From IMG/VR virus record IMGVR_UViG_3300035181_001055, positions 32,001 to 96,000 of that record: a stretch of 64,000 bases of DNA; one strand, 5' to 3'. Shown here piece by piece: positions 20,097-29,914 of the stretch. The stretch is from a virus. A program made the translations under genes and the position numbers. How positions within the stretch are numbered: the stretch's first letter is position 1; each line of letters begins with the position of its first letter. Under the pieces are notes generated by a model. The model ran no database searches and was not told where the DNA came from. It was given only the letters and a program-made list of their open reading frames with translations.

Positions 20097-21100
20097 TGGC
20101 AACTCAAAGAACAGTTTTACCTAGCGATACGTTTAATTCATGGAGATTGACGACTAATCAGATCAGTTCAGATTTGGTTAGCACAGAATCAAATATCAAT
20201 AACAGCATCGGGAATTTAAGTTCTCTAACTACTTTTGTTAAGAGTAGTTTGGTTGATGCAACAAATGAGCTAGTTGCAAATATCGGTTCTCTTTCATCAT
20301 TAACAACTACTAGCAAAAGCAATGTCGTTTCCGCGATAAATGAACTCGTCTCTAGCTTAAATAATCTCAATTCGGTTTTATCTAATGAAATAGGAACATT
20401 ATCTTCGCTCTCAACTAGCGATAAAACCTCTCTGACTGCAGCTATTAACGAAGTTAACACCAATAGCATTTCTCGGGATGGTTCTCTTTCAACATTAAGT
20501 ACCACAGCAAAAGATAATCTAGTAAACGCAATTAATGAAGTCGACGCTCTAGCTTCAAGCACATCAACAAAGGTTGGTGATCTTACTAGCCTCTCTACTA
20601 CAGATAAAACTAGCGTAGTAAATGCGATTAATGAAGTCAACACCAACAGTATTTCTCGGGATGGAACTCTCTCATCTCTGAATACTACAGCTAAAGACAA
20701 TCTCGTGAATGCAATTAACGAAGTTAATACTAACAGCATTTCTCGTGACGGAAGTCTTTCAGCATTAAACACCACAGCTAAAGATAATCTAGTAAACGCA
20801 ATCAATGAAGTTGATTCTTTAGCTTCAAGCACATCAACAAAGGTCGGCGATCTTAGCAATCTATCAACTACAGACAAAACCAGCACAGTTAATGCAATTA
20901 ATGAGGTCAATACTAATAGTATTTCACGCGACGGCTCTCTTTCAACATTAAATACTACAGCAAAAGACAACTTAGTTAATGCAGTAAATGAATTGCTTAG
21001 CAAAATCGGTAACTTGACTTTGCTTCAAACAACTGATAAAAATAATTTGGTTGAAGCTATCAATGAACTGAAAGCAAATCAAACTTCACACGGATGGTAA
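20096..21100 (+). CDS. Repeat-containing fibre/whisker-like virion protein
   Basis: N-terminal DTFNSWRLTTNQ virion-attachment-like motif, then 10 LxTTxKxxxVxAINE repeats. Confidence 0.65.
   Translation: MATQRTVLPSDTFNSWRLTTNQISSDLVSTESNINNSIGNLSSLTTFVKSSLVDATNELVANIGSLSSLTTTSKSNVVSAINELVSSLNNLNSVLSNEIGTLSSLSTSDKTSLTAAINEVNTNSISRDGSLSTLSTTAKDNLVNAINEVDALASSTSTKVGDLTSLSTTDKTSVVNAINEVNTNSISRDGTLSSLNTTAKDNLVNAINEVNTNSISRDGSLSALNTTAKDNLVNAINEVDSLASSTSTKVGDLSNLSTTDKTSTVNAINEVNTNSISRDGSLSTLNTTAKDNLVNAVNELLSKIGNLTLLQTTDKNNLVEAINELKANQTSHGW
20215..21070 (+). repeat. Coding tandem repeat array (10 x LxTTxKxNLVxAINEV)
   Basis: Near-identical DNA blocks with synonymous divergence, e.g. aaagataatctagtaaacgcaat at ~20509 and ~20781. 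Confidence 0.85.
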
Positions 21101-21104
21101 TTGA

Positions 21105-22502
21105 ATGGCAAAATTTCCTGTCAAATTTTACTACGGCGGCGGAACTTTTTTTGGAACAACCCAAAACGATTACCCTAAGCTGACCAATAGCCCAGGGAGT
21201 TTGATCTCTCTTCTCGACGCTGTTCTTGTTAACGGCTACGGAGACAAGACTGTAACATCATTGGTTGTTGATGCTAATAGAAAAGCAACCATAACAGCAA
21301 CAAATCACGGATATAATGTCCCAGCTCGTTTTGAAATATATGGCGCAGAACAAGCAGACATAAACGGCGAATGGGAAGTTGAATCGGTTCCTGATGCAAA
21401 CACCATTACTTTCACTGCACCTGCGAGTTTAGCGAATACTACCATAACAGGCAATGTGCATATACACGTTCCGCCTCTAGGGTGGGATAAAGTATTCAGT
21501 GACACAAACCGCGCAGTTTATCGCGCGCGAGTTGGGAATGGGCATTTTCTGTATATTGATGATAACGGAACTAATGGCGCATTGCCTGGAGCTTCAAAAG
21601 TTAGGCCATTTGAATATATGGGCAGCATCAACGAAGCTAGCAGCAACAGCTGGATGGCCTATGGGGACAGCTTAAAAAATTCAATCGTATTTACTAATTC
21701 AACTGGATCATCTATTGCTGCAAATCAAGCTGTCTGTTGGATGCATTACATAGACCCGAGTAATCAAGGTCCAACTGGAACATCAACTGACATTGGATGG
21801 ACGATCATTGGGTGCGATAGGTTCTTCTATCTTTATATCCAAAATATGTTCGGAAACAATACCGATCCTCACAGAACGCCATATATGTTTGGAGATTTCC
21901 CAAGTATCAAACTTGATGACAGGAAAAATGTAATCATCAAAGGCGCAGAATGTTTTGATCCCATATGGGCATATAATAATGATTATGGAAGAAAATCTGG
22001 CCGCCACTTTATTTTTCAAAAAGCAATCACAGGAAATTTTCTAGCTAGTGGATTTACACAAAATACTGGAAACAAATACTGGACATTAATGCCGCCAGGA
22101 TATGGGTTTAAAATTAATGATTGGGATTACCCAATAGGCTCATTCGATGGCCCAAGTATTGCACGAGGCCCAAATCCAGCATCAGGTGGCTATATTTTCA
22201 TGGGGCCTTGCTATCTATACGAAGATTATGAAGGGAATGAATTCGCTTCAGGAATGGCTTATTCTGTTCTCAGAGGATTTGCGCCTGGATTATATGTTGT
22301 ACCCACGAATTTTCTGACCACTGATTACACAAAAGCTCTTATTAAGCAAAATCAGCTACTGAATGATTCAAAAAATAGAAGATATATGGCTATGGGGGTT
22401 TACGGCAACTGGGCGAGCAGCTATTACGGCAGAATAGCATTCCATTTCATTAGTGTGGATGAAGATTGGTATGCAATAGACGGGACGGCACAACAACTAT
22501 GA
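21105..22502 (+). CDS. Tail fibre/receptor-binding-like protein, paralog 1
   Basis: PKLTNSPGSLISLLDAVLVNGYG...PLGWDKVFSDTNRAVYR...IGWTIIGCDRFFYL...FGDFPS, shared with the next two ORFs. Confidence 0.6.
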   Translation: MAKFPVKFYYGGGTFFGTTQNDYPKLTNSPGSLISLLDAVLVNGYGDKTVTSLVVDANRKATITATNHGYNVPARFEIYGAEQADINGEWEVESVPDANTITFTAPASLANTTITGNVHIHVPPLGWDKVFSDTNRAVYRARVGNGHFLYIDDNGTNGALPGASKVRPFEYMGSINEASSNSWMAYGDSLKNSIVFTNSTGSSIAANQAVCWMHYIDPSNQGPTGTSTDIGWTIIGCDRFFYLYIQNMFGNNTDPHRTPYMFGDFPSIKLDDRKNVIIKGAECFDPIWAYNNDYGRKSGRHFIFQKAITGNFLASGFTQNTGNKYWTLMPPGYGFKINDWDYPIGSFDGPSIARGPNPASGGYIFMGPCYLYEDYEGNEFASGMAYSVLRGFAPGLYVVPTNFLTTDYTKALIKQNQLLNDSKNRRYMAMGVYGNWASSYYGRIAFHFISVDEDWYAIDGTAQQL

Positions 22503-23791
22503 CAGCTTTTCTAATCAAACACTACTGGCATACTCCAGGAATGGGGTCAATGAATGCAAATAAAGCGCCAAAGCTATCAAATAGCGCAGGTAGCCTTATC
22601 ACAGTTCTTGACGCGGTTCTTGTCAACGGCTTCGGCAGCGCGATAGTTTCAATGTCAATCCATCCAACAGACGTTAACAAAGCAGTCATTACTGAAAATA
22701 ACCATGGCTACTCGTTAACAACACGAATAAAGGTGGATGGCTGCGATAACACCGCATTCAATACTGAGTTTGAAATTATTGATATTCCAGACGCAAACAC
22801 ATATGTTATCGACGTGACTGGATTGCATTCGCAAGCTGCTGGGACGCCTGTCACGACGAGTAGCAACATTACTGTGATAATTCCAAGTCTAGGCTGGACC
22901 AAAGAGTTTAGTGGGACAAATTTAGCTGTATATAGAACGAAAGGCGGGAATCGTCGTTATCTTTGGTTAGATGATTCCGAAAGTACAAACGGATTCGCTA
23001 AAGTCCGCGGCGCTTGGGGAGCACAAGGGGCAAATGAAAGTAATTTGATTTCCCCATTCCCGAGCTTCGACCAAGCGGCGTCGGGTTCTCCGCCTAGGTG
23101 GTATCATCGAATTGATTCAGGCAATACAGGGTCTTGGGGCACTACAACCGATATTGGCTGGACAATCATTGGAACAGATAGGTTTTTCTTTCTGAGCACC
23201 CATTACTACAGCGGTCAGAATATTGTATGCAACACCGATTGCTCAAGAAATGTTTATGTATTCGGAGATGTCAACGTTTACAATCAATCTGACACATCGG
23301 CCACAGTGCTAGCTGGCGGTCAGAATTCTCCTCCTGGTGACTGGATCCAAATAAACTACACATCTACCTTCAGCTCTTGGCTTCAAGGCTATGACTATCG
23401 TCAAACTTTTTCAGGGACTTGGGGCAATCTGCAAGCACCGACCCGTTTTAGAATGGCGCCACCTTTCGCTGATTGCGTAAATTGGTCCAATGGCGGTGTT
23501 GGCTTAGGCAGAGGATTATTTAACTTGAATCCTTTTCTCGATCAGATCCCAATTGGTCAACCCGTAATTTTAACGGACGACGTAACTAATAGCATCAGAG
23601 CAGAGTTGCCAGGAATGGCTGTCACACCAGTATACTTGAATGGAATCTATCAGCAAAACAACATCATAAATGTCAATGGCGTAAGATACATGTATATGGC
23701 CACTAAGTATACATCAGGCGCAAACACTGTTGACGGGCATTTTCTTGTTCAGATTGACGGCGATATGCACACATTGAAAGGGACGATGTAA
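22499..23791 (+). CDS. Tail fibre/receptor-binding-like protein, paralog 2
   Basis: ATG 22499 overlaps the upstream TGA. PKLSNSAGSLITVLDAVLVNGFG...SLGWTKEFSGTNLAVYR...IGWTIIGTDRFFFL. Confidence 0.6.
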   Translation: MTAFLIKHYWHTPGMGSMNANKAPKLSNSAGSLITVLDAVLVNGFGSAIVSMSIHPTDVNKAVITENNHGYSLTTRIKVDGCDNTAFNTEFEIIDIPDANTYVIDVTGLHSQAAGTPVTTSSNITVIIPSLGWTKEFSGTNLAVYRTKGGNRRYLWLDDSESTNGFAKVRGAWGAQGANESNLISPFPSFDQAASGSPPRWYHRIDSGNTGSWGTTTDIGWTIIGTDRFFFLSTHYYSGQNIVCNTDCSRNVYVFGDVNVYNQSDTSATVLAGGQNSPPGDWIQINYTSTFSSWLQGYDYRQTFSGTWGNLQAPTRFRMAPPFADCVNWSNGGVGLGRGLFNLNPFLDQIPIGQPVILTDDVTNSIRAELPGMAVTPVYLNGIYQQNNIINVNGVRYMYMATKYTSGANTVDGHFLVQIDGDMHTLKGTM

Positions 23792-25062
23792 TGCCACAAG
23801 ACACATCAGTTAAATTCTTCTTCGGAAATCCTTTTTATCGAATTCACACAAATGCCCCTAAACTTTCAATGAATGCAGGCGGTCTAATAGCTATTCTAGA
23901 CGCATGTTTGGTTAACGGATTTGGGCAAGTTACGGCAACGTCCTTGACGATTGACGCATACGGTATCGCAACCTTAACAACTTCAGCTGCACACGGGTAT
24001 CAAAGACCAGAAACTAGAATACTCATACAAGGCGCAGACCAGACTGCACTGAATAGAGAATGGATCATCAAAGACATACCGACGTCAACCACTTTGCGAT
24101 TTGATGCTTCTGGTCTGAATCTAGAGAATAGTACAGCAACAGGAACAATTACTTGCGCGATTGCGCCACTTGGATGGACAAAAGAATATTCTGGAACAAA
24201 TTTAGCCGTTTATCGCGCGAAAGGCGGCAACCGCCCTTATCTCTATATTGACGACACATCATCATTCAGCAGAGTTCGAGGCTATAGGAGCATGACCTCT
24301 TTGACAAACGGAACAGATCCATTTCCGACAGATATTCAAATGAGCGGAGGAGGATATTGGAATCATTTTTGCAATTCTTACTACTACGGCAATTCTAGCT
24401 CTGGGACAGATTTATCATGGCATCTTGTTGGAGATGATAGATTTTTTTATCTAGGATGCACTTTTTATTGTCACGACGGATGCTATGATAAGTATCGTCA
24501 GCAATTATACAGATCATGCTATTTCTTCGGGGAATTTCCTTCATATAAAACAAATGATATCAATAATTTGGCAATTCAACACGCTCGCGGACAAGTTTCT
24601 TCTAACTACGGGAATGCACATGATGGTACAATTCAAGATGAATTTTATTTTTGGGCAAATTATCAAGGAAAACATCTGATAGGAAGAGCTGACAACACTC
24701 CATACTCACAGGCAAGATTCACTCTTTCCGCGCCTCTTGGATATCTTACAAACTCGTCAACAACAAACGATAGCATTGCGAGTCGATATTCAACACTGTC
24801 TAAAAGAAATATAATAACAGGCGGAGGGATTCATTTCGCATATCCAACCGCAATTATTTCAGAGACTGAAGGGATTCGCGGCTATATGCCAGGACTTTAT
24901 TTTTCCGCTCAATCCTGTTACTGGGGAGATTCCGTTTTCTACGAAGATACGATATTCACAGACAGCGCAGGGAGAAAATTTTTCGTGGCACCTCATGCTA
25001 ATGGCTCTTACCAAGGCACATTCTATTTCATAAGAATAGATACGAATTGGAGAAGTATCTGA
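23791..25062 (+). CDS. Tail fibre/receptor-binding-like protein, paralog 3
   Basis: PKLSMNAGGLIAILDACLVNGFG...PLGWTKEYSGTNLAVYR...LSWHLVGDDRFFYL...FGEFPS. Confidence 0.6.
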   Translation: MPQDTSVKFFFGNPFYRIHTNAPKLSMNAGGLIAILDACLVNGFGQVTATSLTIDAYGIATLTTSAAHGYQRPETRILIQGADQTALNREWIIKDIPTSTTLRFDASGLNLENSTATGTITCAIAPLGWTKEYSGTNLAVYRAKGGNRPYLYIDDTSSFSRVRGYRSMTSLTNGTDPFPTDIQMSGGGYWNHFCNSYYYGNSSSGTDLSWHLVGDDRFFYLGCTFYCHDGCYDKYRQQLYRSCYFFGEFPSYKTNDINNLAIQHARGQVSSNYGNAHDGTIQDEFYFWANYQGKHLIGRADNTPYSQARFTLSAPLGYLTNSSTTNDSIASRYSTLSKRNIITGGGIHFAYPTAIISETEGIRGYMPGLYFSAQSCYWGDSVFYEDTIFTDSAGRKFFVAPHANGSYQGTFYFIRIDTNWRSI

Positions 25063-25071
25063 GGAATTAAC

Positions 25072-27114
25072 ATGAGCATTTCTTTTGCCGCACCATCTCA
25101 AGATAGTCTTCAATCATATGTCTCATTGGAGATTTTATTTGATACGCCATTAAAACTCATCAATTTCTCAAAATATGTTCTCAACAGAGAATATTATAAT
25201 AGCGGGTGTTCATTCGCACCTGGTTTAACTTTTACAACTTCATCCGTATATCAAGGATCAGTCTATTTCGATGGAAATGACGGATTAGGTTTTAATAATT
25301 CGTCGGCTTTTAATTTTGGGTCATCAGATTTCTGTATAGAAGCTTGGGTTAAAGTTGACGCGGGCAGTGGAGGATTTCGCTGTATAGCATCAACTATTAG
25401 AAACACTGCAAATTCTGTTGCAGGAGGAGGAGCTCTTGTAGCGGGAATAGGGGGGTGGGGGAGCTCAGGCGACGAATCAAGTGGGGGCGCTATAACTACC
25501 CCAGGAGATTCAGGAACTCTCGGTCAAGGGGGATCGGGTCATGGATCGCGCGCTGGCGGCGGAGGCGGAGGCGGAGGAGGAGGGTATTATGGCGGCGGCG
25601 CTGGGTGTGCTGGCGGAAGCATATATGGAGGATATTGTTCAGGTGGTGGCGGAGGTGGGTCAAATTTCATTTCAAGCAGTTTTTCAAATGCAATTTCTAA
25701 AAAAGGAAGCGAGTCATTCGCTCTCAGTGACGGTTCAATATCCACAGGAAATCCAGGAGACGGCTATGCTAGAATCACGCGTTCGAGCGATAACACAGTA
25801 ACTAATTTTTCATACACTGGATCACCACAATCTTTCTCAGTTCCAGCTGACGATGATTACACGATTGAAGTATGGGGAGCTCAGGGTGAAGGATCAACCG
25901 CTGTCACACCAGTTGATGGCGGGAAAGGCGGATATTGTTCAGGGAATATTTTTCTCACTGCAAATACAGTCCTAAACATATACGTCGGCGGACAAAATGG
26001 ATACAATGGCGGAGGCGCTGGCGGCCTTTGCAGTGGCAAAAATAGCGGTTCTGAAAGCGGCGGGAATGGCGGCGGCGCGACAGATGTTAGATTAAATGGA
26101 AACGCGCTTTCTGATAGAATTATTGTTGCTGGGGGTGGCGGCGGGACAGGCGGAGCAGGAAGTGTATATATTGCTCAAGGAATCACGCCTATAGGTGCTG
26201 GCGGAGCAGCGGGAGAAAATGGGCATAGTGCGGGTAACCCAAACGGCTGGGCTCTCTTTGTCGATGAGACCGCTAAATGTTTCTGGGCATATATAACATA
26301 TACTGATGGTAGTTATGATATGATAAGAGAGAATGCTGATCAGCTCGACACGTCTGTTTGGAATCATGTAGCCTTAGTTAGGTTTGGGCCAACAATATCA
26401 TTGTACAGAAACGGCATACAAACAGGTAGTGTTTCATGCGGAACAAAATCGTTGATGACAAACTCATCAGGATATTGCTATATTGGGTGTTATAGAGACG
26501 ATGAAGGACAGCAAATCACAGGACTACTCGCTTCACTTAAAGGAAACTTAAACGATGTCCGCATCACAATAGGAAACGCCAGATATACCAGCAATTTCAC
26601 GCCACCTAGTGCTTTCGGAACATCAATCCATACTATCAATCTAAGCATCGGCGATGCCCTAACATATACAGCCCCTTACCCAAATTTCAACCAACAGCAG
26701 AAGCCGTTTGGACAGAAGTTTAAACTATCATATACAGATCCTTATCCGAATCTCAACCCGTATCAATTTACGTCATTTAATCAAAAGTTCATTACAACTA
26801 GAACTGATGAAACGCAATCGTCTCCTAAATCCTCAATTGTCGTAAGCGGAAATAGAGCATCAGGTCCTCAGGATTTTGCTGGATTTGGAAAAATTTATGG
26901 AACTGTTACAGAAACAACATTGCCAATCGCATGCCAACTGAGACTCTATGATAACAGTAGCGGAGCATTGATCGCAGAAACCAAGAGTGACGCAAACGGG
27001 AAATATAATTTTGAGAACTTGAAAATGTCGAAAACATATACGCTGGTGGCATATGATCCAACAAAAAACTATAACAGTATTATAAGAGATTTGATAAAAC
27101 CAGAGAGAATGTAA
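25072..27114 (+). CDS. LamG-fold protein with inserted glycine-rich domain and C-terminal beta-sandwich (tail-associated)
   Basis: LamG halves (FNFGSSDFCIEAWVK; WNHVALVR.G.TISLYRNG...LNDVRITIGNARYTSNFTPP) flank a Gly-rich domain (YTIEVWGAQG, GGATDVR, RIIVAGGGGG). Confidence 0.7.
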   Translation: MSISFAAPSQDSLQSYVSLEILFDTPLKLINFSKYVLNREYYNSGCSFAPGLTFTTSSVYQGSVYFDGNDGLGFNNSSAFNFGSSDFCIEAWVKVDAGSGGFRCIASTIRNTANSVAGGGALVAGIGGWGSSGDESSGGAITTPGDSGTLGQGGSGHGSRAGGGGGGGGGGYYGGGAGCAGGSIYGGYCSGGGGGGSNFISSSFSNAISKKGSESFALSDGSISTGNPGDGYARITRSSDNTVTNFSYTGSPQSFSVPADDDYTIEVWGAQGEGSTAVTPVDGGKGGYCSGNIFLTANTVLNIYVGGQNGYNGGGAGGLCSGKNSGSESGGNGGGATDVRLNGNALSDRIIVAGGGGGTGGAGSVYIAQGITPIGAGGAAGENGHSAGNPNGWALFVDETAKCFWAYITYTDGSYDMIRENADQLDTSVWNHVALVRFGPTISLYRNGIQTGSVSCGTKSLMTNSSGYCYIGCYRDDEGQQITGLLASLKGNLNDVRITIGNARYTSNFTPPSAFGTSIHTINLSIGDALTYTAPYPNFNQQQKPFGQKFKLSYTDPYPNLNPYQFTSFNQKFITTRTDETQSSPKSSIVVSGNRASGPQDFAGFGKIYGTVTETTLPIACQLRLYDNSSGALIAETKSDANGKYNFENLKMSKTYTLVAYDPTKNYNSIIRDLIKPERM

Positions 27115-27126
27115 TCCTGTCATTGC

Positions 27127-27134
27127 CATAAATA
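27127..27134 (+). promoter_or_regulatory. T4-type late promoter variant CATAAATA
   Basis: Lies upstream of gp13 in an intergenic space. Confidence 0.6.
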
Positions 27135-27159
27135 AAAACAAGAATACAAGGATCTAAGT

Positions 27160-27903
27160 ATGGCAATAATATACTCAAGACAACAGTTCGCTGAATACTG
27201 CTTAAGAAAACTTGGCGCGCCAGTCATTGAAATCAACGTCGCCGACGAGCAAGTAGACGATTGCATCGATGATGCGCTGCAAAAATTTTGGGAATTCCAT
27301 GGCGACGGAGCTCAAAGGAATTTCTTAACAGTTACTTTGACTGCTCAGGATATAGCGAACAAGTATATCACTATACCAGATAATATCATAACAATCATTA
27401 AAGTTCTTCCGCTTGACGCAAATGGCCTAAGTAGTGTTAATCTCGAGTATCAGTTCTTCTTGACCGAGATCATGAACGCAAGAAGAATTATGAGCGACGG
27501 CATTAGCGGCTATGTCATAACTGAACAGTATCTTCAAACTATAAACGAGTTCTTCAATCGCGAAAAGATGATTCGTTGGAACAAACATTCCAATCTTCTT
27601 TTTTTGGATACTGACTGGTCGACATTGAAAGTAGGAGACAATATTGTAATTGAAGCATACGCGATTCTCGATCCTGATGATTTCGATGATGTATGGAATG
27701 ATATGTGGCTGAAAGCATATGCAACTGCGCTTATGAAGCGTCAATGGGGTCAGAATATGCTCAAGTACGACGGGTTCCAGTTGCCAGCGGGCATAACACT
27801 GAATGGCAGACAGCTTTTCGATGACGCGAACGCCGAGATTCAAAAACTCGAGGATGATCTGCAAAATATTTGGCAGCTCCCGATTGACTTCATGGTGGGA
27901 TAA
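27160..27903 (+). CDS. gp13: Neck protein gp13
   Basis: SRQQF.EYCLRKLGAPVIEINV.DEQVDDCIDDALQ.F.E.H.DG, WLK.YATAL.KRQWGQN..K and G.TLNG. Confidence 0.92.
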   Translation: MAIIYSRQQFAEYCLRKLGAPVIEINVADEQVDDCIDDALQKFWEFHGDGAQRNFLTVTLTAQDIANKYITIPDNIITIIKVLPLDANGLSSVNLEYQFFLTEIMNARRIMSDGISGYVITEQYLQTINEFFNREKMIRWNKHSNLLFLDTDWSTLKVGDNIVIEAYAILDPDDFDDVWNDMWLKAYATALMKRQWGQNMLKYDGFQLPAGITLNGRQLFDDANAEIQKLEDDLQNIWQLPIDFMVG

Positions 27904-28548
27904 ATGGCAACTAATCCATATTTCAACCACCTGAAAAATAAATCTGAACAGTCTTTCTATGAAGACATAGTGATTGAGAGTATCAAGAATGCAGGGATAG
28001 ACGTCTTTTATATTCCTAGAGAATATCTAGAAATTGACCCAGTTCTTGGCGAACCTAACCAATCGAGATTCAATTCTGCATTCAGTATTGAAGTTTATTT
28101 ACAAGAAGTGACTGGTTACGGCGGCGAAGGCGACTTGATGTCGAAATTCGGATTGCAGATGACAGACACTGCTACATTTATGATGAGCAGAAAGAGATTC
28201 AATGACTTGAACATCCCTAATAGAATCAGACCTCGAGAAGGTGATCTGATTTACGTAGGTGACACTGAAAATTCAGGCTATGGCTCATTCACGAACAGCT
28301 TTTTTGAAATAAAGTACGTTGAGCATGAATCGCCTTTTTGGCAATTAGGAAGATACTTTGTGTTTGAATTGAAATGTCAATTGTTCACATACTCGTATGA
28401 GAAATTCAATACTGGTAATTCCGCAATTGATAATCTGAACAATAACGACAACGCAGCCGATCTTTCGGTGGCGATAAACAGTGCTCTTGAAACTAAGAAG
28501 AGCACTCTAATTGATTTCACAGAAAAGAATCCTTTCGGTGACCTATAA
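27904..28548 (+). CDS. gp14: Neck protein gp14
   Basis: MATNPYF...EQ..YED...ESI...G.DVFYIPR...G.GDLMSKFG...RPREGDLIY...FFEIKYVEHE.PF.QLG and a terminal NPFG. Confidence 0.92.
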   Translation: MATNPYFNHLKNKSEQSFYEDIVIESIKNAGIDVFYIPREYLEIDPVLGEPNQSRFNSAFSIEVYLQEVTGYGGEGDLMSKFGLQMTDTATFMMSRKRFNDLNIPNRIRPREGDLIYVGDTENSGYGSFTNSFFEIKYVEHESPFWQLGRYFVFELKCQLFTYSYEKFNTGNSAIDNLNNNDNAADLSVAINSALETKKSTLIDFTEKNPFGDL

Positions 28549-29273
28549 TGCCACGTCCAGTATTTTATTACAATACAATCAAGAATTTGATTGTCACTTT
28601 TGGAACTGTCTTTGATGACATCAGATTTATCAACGATGAGGGGATCGAAATAAAAGTCCCTATACATTATGCGCCGAAAGAAAAATTCGTTTCATATTTC
28701 ACTGAAAAGCCAGACTTTGACCAACTCGACATTGAAATTCAGTTACCAAGAATGGCATTTGAAATCAGCGGTCTTAATTTTGCATCTAATAGATTCGTCA
28801 ATCCTTTGAGCAGAATTAAGGATCCAACGATAGATGAAAAGAAGTACATGTTCAGCAGAATTCCGTATGATTTTCAATTCAATCTATATGTTGCCACTAA
28901 GAAATTTGAAGATAGCTTGAAAATTGTCGAGCAAATAGTTCCGTTCTTCACACCTGAATTGAATGTGACGATAAAGGATAAAGATGATTTTAGTCTTCAA
29001 ACTGACGTGCCTATCGTTTTGAATAGTGTCAGCTTCGATATCCAATATGAAGGATCTTATGACACGAAAAGAACTATCATGTGGACACTAGGATTCACAC
29101 TCAAAGGATGGCTATACGGAGATGTGAAGCAACAAAATGTCATCAAGGAAACGATAACAAATCTCACGCAGCTTGACATCAACAATAAATTTGAGACTTT
29201 GATAAGTGAAGTTGTGCCTAGAACTGCAAGCGAAAATGATCCGCACGAAATTGTGGATAGAACGGTCGAATGA
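28548..29273 (+). CDS. gp15: Tail sheath stabilizer/completion protein gp15
   Basis: FY...IK.L...FGT.F..I, VPI.YAPKEKF, LPRM.FE and Q.VEQI.PFF.P. Confidence 0.92.
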   Translation: MPRPVFYYNTIKNLIVTFGTVFDDIRFINDEGIEIKVPIHYAPKEKFVSYFTEKPDFDQLDIEIQLPRMAFEISGLNFASNRFVNPLSRIKDPTIDEKKYMFSRIPYDFQFNLYVATKKFEDSLKIVEQIVPFFTPELNVTIKDKDDFSLQTDVPIVLNSVSFDIQYEGSYDTKRTIMWTLGFTLKGWLYGDVKQQNVIKETITNLTQLDINNKFETLISEVVPRTASENDPHEIVDRTVE

Positions 29274-29746
29274 TGGATAAGATTTCACAAGCGCTAGGAA
29301 CTGCTACTGGTGTAGAAAATGATGTTGAAGCTTCAACAAATGTAGCACCATATGTAAAGAATGAAGTTATAGATTTGCCAGATAAATATCAAGAAATTAA
29401 AAACAATCTAGGTGAAGATTATGACTTTGCGAGAAGTAACTTAAGAAAAGTGCTAGAACATGCGATGTCACTGCTACCTAATGCAATATCATTAGCACGT
29501 GAAGCAGAAAGTCCAAGGATTTACGAAAGCACATCGGTTTTTATTAAAACGATTGCTGATATAAATAAAGATCTGCTTGAAATATCTGAACGTAATTTGA
29601 AACAAGGTTCTGGTAATAATAAAATCAATAGTCCACAAGAACAATCAGGTGTCGTAAATAATAACGCGATATTCGTTGGTACAACTGATGATTTATTCGC
29701 AAAATTACTTCAAGTTAGCAACGTAATTGATGATGGAAGTTTTTAG
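29270..29746 (+). CDS. gp16: Terminase small subunit gp16
   Basis: DYDFARSNL...LA.E.ESPR.YE and VNNNAIFVG.T.DL are T4-like small terminase motifs. Confidence 0.88.
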   Translation: MMDKISQALGTATGVENDVEASTNVAPYVKNEVIDLPDKYQEIKNNLGEDYDFARSNLRKVLEHAMSLLPNAISLAREAESPRIYESTSVFIKTIADINKDLLEISERNLKQGSGNNKINSPQEQSGVVNNNAIFVGTTDDLFAKLLQVSNVIDDGSF

Positions 29747-29852
29747 ATCTAATAAGAACCTAGACCCTTGCGTCAAATGTTTTTAAAGATCTAGATATTT
29801 CAAGCGATTTAATAGCGTTAGATCTTATCTACACTAGCTAATGTTACAAGTT

Positions 29853-29914
29853 AGCGACTCGCTTCACTCGTCGCTGCGTTCGTTGAATTGACTCGCTTCA
29901 CTCGTCAATTCAAC
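29853..29914. repeat. 17-bp direct repeat GACTCGCTTCACTCGTC, each copy at the tip of a hairpin
   Basis: Copies at 29856-29872 and 29890-29906. Stems are AGCGAC/GTCGCT and GTTGAATTGAC/GTCAATTCAAC. Confidence 0.9.

Noticed and set aside
20158-21003. 281-aa minus-strand ORF with repeats
   Set aside because: It is the antisense shadow of the repeat fibre gene; the repeats simply lack minus-strand stops.
25455-25801. Arg-rich and Ala/Glu-rich alternative-frame ORFs
   Set aside because: These are frame-shifted readings of GGC/GGA glycine runs in the 25072 gene.
21105-27114. Diversity-generating retroelement (TR/VR) among fibre paralogs
   Set aside because: No reverse transcriptase in the window, and the paralogs differ at all base types rather than only at adenines.
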